A stretch of DNA of 57,985 nucleotides, taken from a virus. Its lineage: Duplodnaviria > Caudoviricetes. Both the position numbers and the translations under genes were made by a program. Numbering within the stretch: position 1 is the first letter of the stretch; each line of letters opens with the position of its first letter. Of this stretch, positions 1-10,026 are shown piece after piece. Under the pieces are notes generated by a model. It did not search any database and was not told the DNA's origin. It saw only the letters and a program-made list of their open reading frames with translations. The stretch spans positions 1 to 57,985 of IMG/VR virus record IMGVR_UViG_3300031812_000004. One strand, given 5' to 3'.

Positions 1-1
1 T

Positions 2-214
2 ATGCTGGTCTGTGGTGTATAATAATCCTTTATAACTTTCTAATATAAAGAAGTCTTTTATATCGTTTAGTTCAAATTCAGGTAAAATAAATGTGTATTT
101 CTCTTCTATAGTAACGTTTTCTATATTAACAGTTTTATAAAAGTCCAGTGCTTCTTTTTTTAAAACAGATGAAACTTCCTTAGGTTTTTCGAGTGTAAGG
201 TTAATTGTAGTCAT
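2..214 (-). CDS. hypothetical protein, runs off the window edge
   Basis: ATG at 214 with an A-rich leader; open frame MTTINLTLEKPKEV... continues to the window start. Confidence 0.6.
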   Translation of the reverse strand, partial: MTTINLTLEKPKEVSSVLKKEALDFYKTVNIENVTIEEKYTFILPEFELNDIKDFFILESYKGLLYTTDQH

Positions 215-243
215 GTTTTTATCTTTTTAAATTTATTAACATT

Positions 244-465
244 TTAAACTTTTAGTTTTTCATAGTATTCATATTTATAACACTTTGGGCAGATTATTAT
301 AAAATCATCAAATCTGACATGATAAGTCAGTAAATATGCAGTTCTTTCTTTAGAACACATGCACTCATCAGTAGTTTTTATAAAACCAAATCCGTTTCTT
401 TTGATATATTCCATTAGTTTTTCTTCATCATCAATAACTTTTACTTTTACGTGGTGTTCGTTCAT
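244..465 (-). CDS. small hypothetical protein, possible Zn-binding
   Basis: CMC...CPKC cysteine pairs; lies in the minus-strand operon. Confidence 0.6.
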   Translation of the reverse strand: MNEHHVKVKVIDDEEKLMEYIKRNGFGFIKTTDECMCSKERTAYLLTYHVRFDDFIIICPKCYKYEYYEKLKV

Positions 466-483
466 AAGTTTTTTTTCTTTTTA

Positions 484-1155
484 TTAGATTTCGATTTTTT
501 TCAATTTGTGTGAGAACTCTTCAATAAAGCTTTTAGAAAGGTGTTGGTGTTCAAATATCTTGTCCCAATGAACTTCATTCTCAAATTCTCTTATAAAGTT
601 TTCTGACAGCTTTTGTTTTATGCATATATAATACCATATAACTCTATTACGAAATTCACGTATGAAATCTTCAGGTAAAATTTGGTGTTCGCTTATATAA
701 AACCAATCTACATAATCTTTAAATTCTTTTATAAAATCAGGGGATAGTTTTTGACAACGGGATATTTCTCTCCAAATGACACGGTCTTTAAACTGTCGTA
801 TGAAGTTTTCAGGTAATGTCTGATATACAGAAATAAGATAAAAATCCAATTTATCAGCAAATTTGAAAAGAATATCCGGAGATAGTTTTTGGTATTTACA
901 AGCATACTCCCAATAAATTTTATTGTGGTATTTTGTAATTAGATAATCAGATAAGTTCTGATATTTTGACATTAAATCCCAGTCAAGCTTATCGCTGAAC
1001 ACATCTATAAATTCTTCACTTAAAAACTTATACATGGAAATTCTTATCCAATCTAAAGTTTCTTCACAATTTTTGTTTAAAAGCTCTTCTACACTGTGTC
1101 TTAAATCACATTCTTTTACAAGTTTTTCAAACTCTTCTCTTATTTCTTTTTTCAT
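484..1155 (-). CDS. tryptophan-repeat family protein
   Basis: About eight 22-aa repeats of the type LSEDFIREFKDRVDWxxISxYQ. Confidence 0.8.
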   Translation of the reverse strand: MKKEIREEFEKLVKECDLRHSVEELLNKNCEETLDWIRISMYKFLSEEFIDVFSDKLDWDLMSKYQNLSDYLITKYHNKIYWEYACKYQKLSPDILFKFADKLDFYLISVYQTLPENFIRQFKDRVIWREISRCQKLSPDFIKEFKDYVDWFYISEHQILPEDFIREFRNRVIWYYICIKQKLSENFIREFENEVHWDKIFEHQHLSKSFIEEFSHKLKKIEI

Positions 1156-1184
1156 AGCGTTTTTTTTTGTTTTAAATGTATTTA

Positions 1185-1703
1185 TTATAAATCTTCAATA
1201 TGTTTTTCTATATCTCTGTAATCATACATTTTATTCAATGTATCAGATTTTATTTCTATACAGACAAAATCATCCAATTTAATGTAATATACTTTGTATT
1301 CAGAAGGTAGTCTGCTTTTAAGTCTTGATGTCCTCGAAAATATATCCTTATTTATTTCATGATACAGAATAATAAGCACGGCATAACATAAATATCTAAT
1401 TACTTTATCGTTGTATAATACTTTTCTCATTGAGTTATAATCAATAGAAACTATATTATTTTCTACATCATCGAGTTCTTTTATTTCAATATTTATGTTC
1501 TTTTCGTAATTTTTATTCTTTATTTCTTTATTGTTTGTAACATATATTGTATACTCTGAAGGTATTTCTGTTTGTTCTTTAATGTTTTTTTTAATCTCAT
1601 CAAGAAGATAATGATATATCTCTGATACTACTGCTGTATCTTCAGGTGTGGTTATTATTCTTGGGGATATGAAGTTTATCAGATGTTTTGTACTTTTATT
1701 CAT
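1185..1703 (-). CDS. hypothetical protein
   Basis: 172-aa ORF overlapping the stop of the upstream gene. Confidence 0.65.
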   Translation of the reverse strand: MNKSTKHLINFISPRIITTPEDTAVVSEIYHYLLDEIKKNIKEQTEIPSEYTIYVTNNKEIKNKNYEKNINIEIKELDDVENNIVSIDYNSMRKVLYNDKVIRYLCYAVLIILYHEINKDIFSRTSRLKSRLPSEYKVYYIKLDDFVCIEIKSDTLNKMYDYRDIEKHIEDL

Positions 1704-2691
1704 AGCTTCCCACAGTTAACAGTTCTATTATTTTTTTTATTTTTTCTTTATCGGGACTGTTTTGTATTTTCTGGTAGAACATTTTACTTATCTTTTTTTC
1801 TGTTATTTTTTTATGATTTTCAAGATATCTTTTATTCAATTCTTCTTTGGTAGTATTGTATATCTGTGCAACTTCTTCAAGATTTATTGTTTTTAATATC
1901 ATTTTATACAATATAAGATAAAGTATTATATAATCCGGTATACCGCATTCTTTAAATAATATTGTCAGTTTCACTTCCAACATTAAATTATCTATCTTTA
2001 TGATTTCATGTCTTATGTCGTCTGTATTAGTTTCAGTATTATACCGGAAAGCGTAATAATATTCTTTATAGTTTCGTGGTTCTATGTTATCACTTTCATA
2101 AAAATATTCTTTGTCTCTTTCGACTATTCTTGTATCTATACTTACAGGATGAAGGACTTTATAATCTTCCAATAGTTTTTTTTCTTTTTTTGTTATTTCT
2201 TCCGGTTTATCTTTTTTATCGCTTATTATTTTTTCTATTTTATTTAGCGTTCTTATGGGAATCCGTATAGATGATGACCTTTCCTTAGCGTATAAGCTAA
2301 GATACCTGTTAACACTTACAGCAGCATAGGAATAAAACCTTACGTTATTTTTATTGTTCAAATCAAATGTATCCAGTGCTTTACAAAGACCATATATTCC
2401 TTCCTGTAATAATTCATTGTAAAACTGACTATCAAAATTTATAGGCTTATACTTTTTTATGAGTGAAATTACAAAAGGAATGTTACACAGTATGAGTTTT
2501 TCCTTTGCTTTTTCATCTCCTTCTTCTTTGTATTTACGTATCAGTTCCTGTTCTTCTTCCTTTGACAGGGATTTATTACCGGATAATGCTTTCTTCATAC
2601 CGTTTTCACGGTAGTAGATAATAGACGAATTGTTAACATTTACGTCTAAAAGTTCTGTTTTAAACTGATTTCTTTTTTTACCGAAAAGCAT
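1696..2691 (-). CDS. sigma-70 family RNA polymerase sigma factor (RpoD/RpoS-like N-terminal regions, divergent C-terminus)
   Basis: LSKEEEQELI..GDEKAKEKLILCNIPFVISLIKKY (regions 1.2/2.1), ELLQEGIYGLCKALDTFD..RFYSYA (2.2-2.3), SIRIP (start of region 3). Confidence 0.85.
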   Translation of the reverse strand: MLFGKKRNQFKTELLDVNVNNSSIIYYRENGMKKALSGNKSLSKEEEQELIRKYKEEGDEKAKEKLILCNIPFVISLIKKYKPINFDSQFYNELLQEGIYGLCKALDTFDLNNKNNVRFYSYAAVSVNRYLSLYAKERSSSIRIPIRTLNKIEKIISDKKDKPEEITKKEKKLLEDYKVLHPVSIDTRIVERDKEYFYESDNIEPRNYKEYYYAFRYNTETNTDDIRHEIIKIDNLMLEVKLTILFKECGIPDYIILYLILYKMILKTINLEEVAQIYNTTKEELNKRYLENHKKITEKKISKMFYQKIQNSPDKEKIKKIIELLTVGSYE

Positions 2692-3524
2692 TATCCAAAG
2701 TATAAATATTTTGATTTATACATTTTTTCCATATCAAAATCTTCACCTAAAAATTCTATACTGTCTTTAAATATTCCTATAACTTCAGGACTATATCCAT
2801 GGCGTATTATAATCTTTTTATCAAACCGTTCTATGTTGATATCGTTTCCCTGTAAGTATAAGGTTTTATATGTTGTTAATGCTTTAAGAACAGAAATGGT
2901 ATAATAGTCTTTTTCTATTTCTGTAAAAAGTTTATATTTTTCTTTATGTTTTTCCAGTATATCTTTCAGAAATGCATATTCTGTTTTGCTTATCTTTATA
3001 TCAGTCATTGCTCCTGATATTCTGACAATTTCGTAATTGTTTTCTATAGATTGTCTTTCTTTATCGTCTTCTGTAACAAATTTATATGTGACTTTTTCTT
3101 TGAGATTTTTTATTGTTTTTGTGAAAGATGTATCTTTACTATAGTAAAAGGTTAATGTTTTGTCATCGTCTTTTACTAACTTTTTTATGTAATAGTATGG
3201 ATCATTTTCTTCAAAATTATTATCTTTTCTTTCGTAATCCAGAAATTTATCAACAATTTGATTCTCATTGAATTTAACAGATGTTGACAGTATTTCATTA
3301 TTGTTATCAAAGTCATGAGTTATTTCGTTTATGGTTATAGGTTTGTCAGAAAATTGGTTCTCAGGAATTAAAAAATGTAAAACGTTGTATACCGTGAAAG
3401 CAAACGTATAAGGATCACATTTGATAAGCGGATGTATAAATACCGATTTTGTGAGTTCTTTTATCAGTGAATAATTATATTTTCTTATACTGTTCTTTTT
3501 TATTTCGTCGGTCGTTTCATTCAT
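2691..3524 (-). CDS. hypothetical protein
   Basis: 277-aa ORF translationally coupled to the sigma gene; TAATTTTG box just upstream. Confidence 0.65.
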   Translation of the reverse strand: MNETTDEIKKNSIRKYNYSLIKELTKSVFIHPLIKCDPYTFAFTVYNVLHFLIPENQFSDKPITINEITHDFDNNNEILSTSVKFNENQIVDKFLDYERKDNNFEENDPYYYIKKLVKDDDKTLTFYYSKDTSFTKTIKNLKEKVTYKFVTEDDKERQSIENNYEIVRISGAMTDIKISKTEYAFLKDILEKHKEKYKLFTEIEKDYYTISVLKALTTYKTLYLQGNDINIERFDKKIIIRHGYSPEVIGIFKDSIEFLGEDFDMEKMYKSKYLYFG

Positions 3525-3582
3525 ATTTCAAAATTAGCAAATTTATTTATTATTTTAACATACTTTTAACAAATTTTAAATA

Positions 3583-3960
3583 TCAAGTTGTTTTTTTTTT
3601 CTTTTTAATAACATGTTCAATATAGTTTTTGTTATAGGTAATGGTAAATTGTACATCGTCAAGGAATATAAAACTTATAAATTCTTCAATACAGCTTTCT
3701 GATATAAACATAGGAACTACATTTTTATCACCGTTTTTTTCGTATATCGTGAGTCCAAAGTTACAACATTCTTTATCCATATTTGCAAATGTAATATAAT
3801 CTATTATAATTTCTTTTTCAGTTTTTAACTTTTCGGGGCTTGTTATAACAGTTTTAAAGGTCACATCCCTTTTTGGAGTTATAATCATTATATTTCCGAT
3901 ATAATCCCTGCTTTCGTTTATGGCTTTTCTTATAAGATTTAATAAATTATCTTTGTTCAT
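3583..3960 (-). CDS. hypothetical protein
   Basis: 125-aa ORF with ATGA overlap. Confidence 0.6.
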   Translation of the reverse strand: MNKDNLLNLIRKAINESRDYIGNIMIITPKRDVTFKTVITSPEKLKTEKEIIIDYITFANMDKECCNFGLTIYEKNGDKNVVPMFISESCIEEFISFIFLDDVQFTITYNKNYIEHVIKKKKKTT

Positions 3961-5330
3961 TTGTGTTCTATCAGTTCAAATCTCAGTTCTCCGGCTTCAA
4001 AGTCAGGTTTTTCTATTAACAACTGTAAATCATTCTTTTCTGCCCAATCAAGAACTTTCTGCATACTCACTTTATCAAGTGGAGAACAATCAAAATACAA
4101 AGTTCTTAACTCTTTAAGATTTACAGATGATAAAAGCAAAGAAACTATGTATAACTCACTCAAGGAAAGATGTTCTTTATCTACAGGCATACCATTATAA
4201 AACACTCCTTCGTCATTAATAGTTATTCCATCAGGAAGCTTTACAGATTCCATCCTGGACTTTATAGCTTTTTCTATCTCTTTTATCTGAGAATCGATTT
4301 CATTGTAACTTGCTTCTGCTTTTTCAAACTGTTCTTTATAACTAAGAAATTGTTTATATTTTTCTTTGTAAAGATCGGCTTTTCTTAAAGTATTATCTAT
4401 TTCACTAAGATCCGGTGGCGGCGGTACATCTTCTTTTTTAGGTAATTTATTTATAAAATCTTCATAATTTGTTTTTAATGCTTCTTCTTCTTCTATCTTG
4501 TTATAGATTTCTTTGAGAATATCTATGTTTTTACTTAAACATTCAGATGTTTCATGCCTTACATCTGCATTACGTAAGAATAGTGTTTTACTCAGACAAT
4601 CTTCAAGAACTCTTACGTCTTTCTCTATGTGTTCTTTTTTGGATTTATATTCGTTAATGGTTCTTTCTCTTTCTGCTGTCAGTTCTTGTATTTTCTTTTC
4701 TGCTTCTTTGTTCCTTTCGTTTATGCTTTTAACTTTATTTTCATATTCTTCTATAATCATTTTTCTTTCTTCCTCTACTTGCTTAATTTGATTTTCATCA
4801 ATAGGCTTAGAATAAATCTGGTATTCCTGATATAACGATTTTGCCTGATTCTTTGCTCTGAACCTTTCTTCTCTGATACTTATAAGTTGTCTCAGCTTTT
4901 GTTTTTCTTCTGTTACATCTATACCTAACGTTTTGCTAAGTATATTAACTTTTTCTTTCGGAGTAGCGTTTATGAAGGCATCTATATCAAAATAAGCATT
5001 AGGAAGGTATTTGTTAACTATTTCTTTTGTTACTTTAAATTCCAAACTGTTGGAAACAAAGGTTAACTTTTCTTTTCCGTCCGGCTCTAATGTATAAATG
5101 AATTCATTACCATCATCCATTTTTATAGATGCGTATCCTTGTTTTGTTTTGTCTTTAAGTACTTCTGGCTTATATTTGTTTCCCATCAATCTTTCTGTCA
5201 AAAATCTTATAAAAGTTGTCTTACCTTTCGTATTTCCTGCTATAATGTAAGCCGTACAGCCATTTAGTTCTGCTGAAAATTCGTCAATGTTTTTGATGTT
5301 TCTTATTTCGCTTTTAGTTATTTTAGCCAT
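3957..5330 (-). CDS. SMC/Rad50-like ABC ATPase with central coiled coil
   Basis: N-terminal Walker A AGNTKGKTT, long K/E coiled coil, C-terminal LSLSE signature-like motif and LYFD Walker B. Confidence 0.8.
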   Translation of the reverse strand: MAKITKSEIRNIKNIDEFSAELNGCTAYIIAGNTKGKTTFIRFLTERLMGNKYKPEVLKDKTKQGYASIKMDDGNEFIYTLEPDGKEKLTFVSNSLEFKVTKEIVNKYLPNAYFDIDAFINATPKEKVNILSKTLGIDVTEEKQKLRQLISIREERFRAKNQAKSLYQEYQIYSKPIDENQIKQVEEERKMIIEEYENKVKSINERNKEAEKKIQELTAERERTINEYKSKKEHIEKDVRVLEDCLSKTLFLRNADVRHETSECLSKNIDILKEIYNKIEEEEALKTNYEDFINKLPKKEDVPPPPDLSEIDNTLRKADLYKEKYKQFLSYKEQFEKAEASYNEIDSQIKEIEKAIKSRMESVKLPDGITINDEGVFYNGMPVDKEHLSLSELYIVSLLLSSVNLKELRTLYFDCSPLDKVSMQKVLDWAEKNDLQLLIEKPDFEAGELRFELIEHK

Positions 5331-5360
5331 AATGTTTTGTTTGTTTTAATTAAATTTATT

Positions 5361-5741
5361 TTACCACACACAATACAGACTGAAATCGTTGGCAACTCTT
5401 ATCATATTTAATACTTTATTTCCTAATTCTTTTATATCGATCCAGTTCGTTTCAAGCCAATGATAGCCGTACTCTTCTTCATAAGATATATTGTTTGAGT
5501 CTGATGCCCACGATTTATATGCTTCCAGTGTATTTTTATCCGGGAATAAAATCTTTCCTATAAAACGTGCTTCTACTTTATATTTGTCTGTAATTCTGTC
5601 ATGTATAATTTCCATATAATAGTCGTCTGCCATCAGTTTATGTTCAAAATCATACCTTGTATATTGTGGATCTTTTATACTTTCATCTACTATGAATTGA
5701 CACATTGTTTCTGTAATGTTCTTTTTGATATCTTCAACCAT
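5361..5741 (-). CDS. hypothetical protein
   Basis: 126-aa ORF in operon. Confidence 0.6.
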   Translation of the reverse strand: MVEDIKKNITETMCQFIVDESIKDPQYTRYDFEHKLMADDYYMEIIHDRITDKYKVEARFIGKILFPDKNTLEAYKSWASDSNNISYEEEYGYHWLETNWIDIKELGNKVLNMIRVANDFSLYCVW

Positions 5742-5773
5742 AATGTTTTTATTTTAATGTTTTTTTTATAAAC

Positions 5774-6883
5774 TTATAATTCCTGATTTCTTAAAGGTTT
5801 AACAGGTTTTATGTTAAATCTGTCTTTAAGAACTACGATATAATCTTCACATATAACGTTTTTGTGAGAAGGATATTTGACTCTGAAATTATTCTTTATA
5901 CTTTCCATCTTTTGTTCGTATTCGGTTTTAAGTTCTCTGTTTTTAATATATTCAACAGCCATTGTATAATCCTGATCGTCTCCTGCTATATCGTCTGCGT
6001 TTTCATAGTAAGTTTCATTACTGTATATTACATTTTCATTGTCGACTTCATATCCTGAAAGTTTTATACTGTATTCTGTGTAATAATTATTTATAACTTC
6101 ATCTCTTGCTTTTGTGTTTGCGTCTATTACATTCTTATAAAAGTCGTCAACATTCTGTGAAACTGTTGTTATGAATGGCAAATATTCATTTAAATCTATT
6201 TTTTGTATAACTACATCTTCATTTGCTATAAGATAAAATAATAAACCAAAGTCAGTATTCATGGCGAGCTGTTGCATTATACTTTGCCATACATACTGTC
6301 CAGGCAACATTGACATTTCTTTCTTATTAAAAGATATACGGTTAACAAATTTTGTATCTACCGGTATATCTTTATCTTCTATTTTTATACTGAAGTCAGG
6401 AGTTACTCTTATGGGAACATCGTTTATAAATACTATATAGGTGTTTTGAATTTCAGCAACTTCTCTTATTCTGTTCCCTTTTAGTTTGTTTTCCAATATG
6501 CTGTCCGCATCTTTATCAAAATATGTAAGCAGGTCTTTGAGATACTCTTCAAAAATCCTGCCAAGTATCATCTGTTTAGTGTTAATTTTTCTTATAATAT
6601 TAAGCTTTTCCAACAGCATGTTTTTAGGATTGGAAAAGCTTTCTTCCGGTACAAGTAACGAAGCAACCTGTGATGCACCTATAAACAAATTAAGATACTT
6701 GGAATCCAGCATTCCCTGGTCTTCAAACTCATATTTATGTTTACGTTTATAAACATCTATCTTTATGTCGTTAAAGTTAACCTTTTTGGTGTAGCTGTTT
6801 ATCTTTTCGTATAAACCACACTCTTCTATAAACCTTTTTGATTCGGCGTATTCTTCAATGGTTGGAAGGTTGTTGTATTCCAT
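5774..6883 (-). CDS. YqaJ/lambda-exonuclease-like recombination nuclease
   Basis: IGASQVASLL, GRIFEEYL, VTPDF..DTK (PD-(D/E)xK), QYVWQSIMQQLAM motifs. Confidence 0.75.
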   Translation of the reverse strand: MEYNNLPTIEEYAESKRFIEECGLYEKINSYTKKVNFNDIKIDVYKRKHKYEFEDQGMLDSKYLNLFIGASQVASLLVPEESFSNPKNMLLEKLNIIRKINTKQMILGRIFEEYLKDLLTYFDKDADSILENKLKGNRIREVAEIQNTYIVFINDVPIRVTPDFSIKIEDKDIPVDTKFVNRISFNKKEMSMLPGQYVWQSIMQQLAMNTDFGLLFYLIANEDVVIQKIDLNEYLPFITTVSQNVDDFYKNVIDANTKARDEVINNYYTEYSIKLSGYEVDNENVIYSNETYYENADDIAGDDQDYTMAVEYIKNRELKTEYEQKMESIKNNFRVKYPSHKNVICEDYIVVLKDRFNIKPVKPLRNQEL

Positions 6884-6909
6884 GTTTTTTAATATGCAAA
6901 ATTAATATT

Positions 6910-7452
6910 TTATTCTTCTTCTTTTTTCAGATTTTTAAAATATTCATCTATTTCATTCGAATCTGCTGGAAAATATCCGAATTCTTTGAAAAAGATATGT
7001 TCTTTCAGGGCTTCCTCTGCTTCTTCTTTTGTGGCGTAGGGGATAGCTGCGTTAGTACTCTTTGTTTGAAAGTCGTGATAGAAACCATCTAGTATACTTT
7101 CATACGCTTCTTCGTATGTATTATATTCGTCTCTGTTCCAAACGAAAGGACCGTTTCCCCAGGCTCCTGTCCATGTAAAGGTTCCGTACTTGATATCAGG
7201 CATCCATCCGTCCTCTTCGTCTTTATAATACTCAGGATCCAGGTTTTCTTCATACCTGGAATAATTGAGTAATTCTCCGTTCCTGCCTACCAACATTGCC
7301 CTAACTTGGGTTCTGTTGGCTATACCTTCGGGGGTGGTGGTTTCGTCATGCCACCACGTCTCTAAATATTCCTTCATGGACATTTCTTTAATCTCATCGT
7401 TTTCTATTATAAATACAGGATAGTCATACTTTGATTTAAATGCTTGTGTTTT
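6910..7452 (-). CDS. hypothetical protein
   Basis: ORF 6910..7488; likely start at MKTQAFK (approx. 7455); acidic, Trp-rich. Confidence 0.6.
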   Translation of the reverse strand, partial: KTQAFKSKYDYPVFIIENDEIKEMSMKEYLETWWHDETTTPEGIANRTQVRAMLVGRNGELLNYSRYEENLDPEYYKDEEDGWMPDIKYGTFTWTGAWGNGPFVWNRDEYNTYEEAYESILDGFYHDFQTKSTNAAIPYATKEEAEEALKEHIFFKEFGYFPADSNEIDEYFKNLKKEEE

Positions 7453-7527
7453 CATAGATATTATTTTAATTTTTAGTTTTTTTTTCAATTCAATTAATGT
7501 GTTAGTATATTTTATAATTTATATTTA

Positions 7528-7836
7528 TTAAACTTCATTATATTTTAACGATAATATTTCATCTGAACTTGTTATACTTCCTTTTTCAAACAGAATTTTA
7601 GACATTTTAACATTTTCTTTATCTATATGAACCAAATAACCTACATTTGGTGGTTCTGCAAATATTAAAACGTTTATAACTTTATGAATTATATAAAGCT
7701 CATGAAGATGAGCTTTTAGCTCATCGGGTGTGATTATTTTTTTGCTTCCTAAACCGTTCTCAAGATTGATTAATTTATAAGGATTTATATTATAAATTAT
7801 TTTAACTACAATTTCAATGTAAGTATAAACATCCAT
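7528..7836 (-). CDS. hypothetical protein
   Basis: 102-aa ORF in operon. Confidence 0.55.
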   Translation of the reverse strand: MDVYTYIEIVVKIIYNINPYKLINLENGLGSKKIITPDELKAHLHELYIIHKVINVLIFAEPPNVGYLVHIDKENVKMSKILFEKGSITSSDEILSLKYNEV

Positions 7837-7875
7837 ATTTACTGCATTTGTTTTTGTTTGGTGTAGAGTTTATGC

Positions 7876-8205
7876 TCATATATTTTTATAAATTTCTAAA
7901 ACATACGGTTCTAATTTATCAGCAATCTCTTGTGATCTTTCGTCGTCCTGATAACATCTAAAATAATCTTTACTTATTTTCAATTCAAATTCAGTATCCA
8001 TTATACGTACACTGTCAAACGCAGATACACGCACCTTACCATCTCTTATTGTGATTTCACAAAGAAGGTCTCCAAAATTGTCTTCCATTATATCCAGTAT
8101 TTTGCGTGCCGGCTCAATGATTTTCTGCACTTTTTCTATATCATTTCCGTAAAATTCTCCGCTTATTCTTATATCAGAAAACACTTTTTGAATTTCGAGT
8201 TCCAT
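7876..8205 (-). CDS. hypothetical protein, paralog of the N-terminal domain of 8240..9094
   Basis: Shared RIxSGEFY-G.xIEK and KLxPYxLEIY motifs. Confidence 0.7.
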   Translation of the reverse strand: MELEIQKVFSDIRISGEFYGNDIEKVQKIIEPARKILDIMEDNFGDLLCEITIRDGKVRVSAFDSVRIMDTEFELKISKDYFRCYQDDERSQEIADKLEPYVLEIYKNI

Positions 8206-8239
8206 AGTTATTTCATTTTTGTTTTTTTTTTTTTTTTTA

Positions 8240-9094
8240 TTAAAATTCGTTTCTGATCAATTCTCTGTAAACAGTAATCATAGATTTCATTGTAGCGTAT
8301 TTGTGATTATTTCCATCAAACGTGCTATTATAAGTATCTATGTATAATTTTATAGCATCTTTCAATTGTTCTTTTTTTATTAAAAATTCTCCCATAAAAT
8401 CAATATATTCATCTTGATTGATATTATCTGTGGATGATAGATAATCAACTGAGTATAAATTATCTTGTGGTGGAATATAACCATGAGCTGATGCAGGATT
8501 TAAAAATTTATATTTTATTGCAGGCAACCATAATGTATTACCTGTAAATATTTCATTAAGTTCTTTTTGGTTGTTTCCTAATCTTCCTAATATGTCTGTT
8601 ATTTCAACCCGATACTTTTTTTCATCAGTATAGTTTTTAATAATTTTACCTAACAATATATAATTGTTATACAAGATTACATGAGTTGCTTTTTCTATTT
8701 GTTGATTCGTTGTTGGTTTCATGAATTCTTCTGTTTTTACTACAATACTTTTATCAATAATTATATTATAAATTTCTAACATATATGGTTTTAATTTTTC
8801 AAAAGCTTCTTTTACTTTTGTGTCGTTTGGATAATATCCAATTTTATTATGTATAATTGAGAAAAGGAAATCATAAGGACTCATATATTTTGGATGATAA
8901 GTTTCAATTTTTACTGTTCCTTCATCACTATTTATACGAATATAAAAAGTAATATCTTTAAAATAAAAATCAATTATATTAAATATATCTGCTGATATAG
9001 CCGTTATTTTTTCAATATTTTCTCCGTAATAAAATTCACCAGAAACTTTGATTCTGTGATGGTTTTTCTTTTCCAGTATTATTTCTAGCAGCAT
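8240..9094 (-). CDS. hypothetical two-domain protein
   Basis: N-terminal ~110 aa homologous to 7876..8205, plus ~170 extra aa. Confidence 0.7.
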   Translation of the reverse strand: MLLEIILEKKNHHRIKVSGEFYYGENIEKITAISADIFNIIDFYFKDITFYIRINSDEGTVKIETYHPKYMSPYDFLFSIIHNKIGYYPNDTKVKEAFEKLKPYMLEIYNIIIDKSIVVKTEEFMKPTTNQQIEKATHVILYNNYILLGKIIKNYTDEKKYRVEITDILGRLGNNQKELNEIFTGNTLWLPAIKYKFLNPASAHGYIPPQDNLYSVDYLSSTDNINQDEYIDFMGEFLIKKEQLKDAIKLYIDTYNSTFDGNNHKYATMKSMITVYRELIRNEF

Positions 9095-9100
9095 ATTGAT

Positions 9101-9361
9101 TTATTTAATTTTAGTTTTTACAAACCAGATTCTATAATTGCTTTTTCTTAAACCAAATCCTTTATATTTTTCTCCGTTAAATTCTCCGACATCTATAAGT
9201 GGCAGTAAATGTTCACACAAATTGTGAAAGTCATTTATTGAGATATTAAATTTATCATATAGAACGTCTTCAATTTCTTCTTGTGGCGTTTCGCCCTCAA
9301 GATCACATATATATGCTGCCAAACTTATAATGTCTTCACAATCTATTCTTATTTTTTCCAT
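9101..9361 (-). CDS. hypothetical protein
   Basis: 86-aa ORF with A-tract leader. Confidence 0.6.
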   Translation of the reverse strand: MEKIRIDCEDIISLAAYICDLEGETPQEEIEDVLYDKFNISINDFHNLCEHLLPLIDVGEFNGEKYKGFGLRKSNYRIWFVKTKIK

Positions 9362-9392
9362 AGTGTTTAGATTTTAATTTGTTTTTTTTTTA

Positions 9393-9725
9393 TTATTTTT
9401 CGGTTTTTACGTACTTGTCTTTTATTTTTCCTTCAACACACCAAAGGATTACTTCTATCCGTTTACCTTCTATATAACCACGACATCGTACTTCTCCTGT
9501 ATATACTATTTTTTTATATTTAATTTTAATCTCATCTGATTTTGGAAATTCTTTAATATTATTAAAAGTTTCATCATCAGTGTTAACCATTAGATTACCG
9601 TTTTTATCAATTATAAATTCAGATAGATTGTTGTATAGCGATTTTGTTTGAAAAGTTATATTCTTTCTTTTCAATTCTTTTAGTAAAAAGTTATCATGTA
9701 TTTTTATTACATCGTACATTCCCAT
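9393..9725 (-). CDS. conserved phage hypothetical protein
   Basis: MGMYDxI...FQTKSL..L..F.I..NG.L..YTGEV pattern, recalled as common in phage hypotheticals. Confidence 0.65.
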   Translation of the reverse strand: MGMYDVIKIHDNFLLKELKRKNITFQTKSLYNNLSEFIIDKNGNLMVNTDDETFNNIKEFPKSDEIKIKYKKIVYTGEVRCRGYIEGKRIEVILWCVEGKIKDKYVKTEK

Positions 9726-9738
9726 AGTTATTTAATTT

Positions 9739-10023
9739 TTATTTTAAAAGAAACCAACATCTTACTATTGTATGTAATAGTACAACTTTTAACTCACAAT
9801 TTTGAATGTCATTTTTTATTTTTTCCAACAATTTATGTAAATCTTCTATATCCATATCTCTTTTTACTATAAAAGTAACATCTTTTTCGTGGTTTGCATC
9901 TACTACAATACTTTCATTATCAATCATTTTTACTATTATATTTCTATAATCGTCGTCCATATAAACACACAAAGTACTTTCGATATCTGTTAATGAAAAA
10001 TCAGTCTTTAAAACGTTTTCCAT
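9739..10023 (-). CDS. hypothetical protein
   Basis: 94-aa ORF directly after polB. Confidence 0.55.
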   Translation of the reverse strand: MENVLKTDFSLTDIESTLCVYMDDDYRNIIVKMIDNESIVVDANHEKDVTFIVKRDMDIEDLHKLLEKIKNDIQNCELKVVLLHTIVRCWFLLK

Positions 10024-10026
10024 ATA

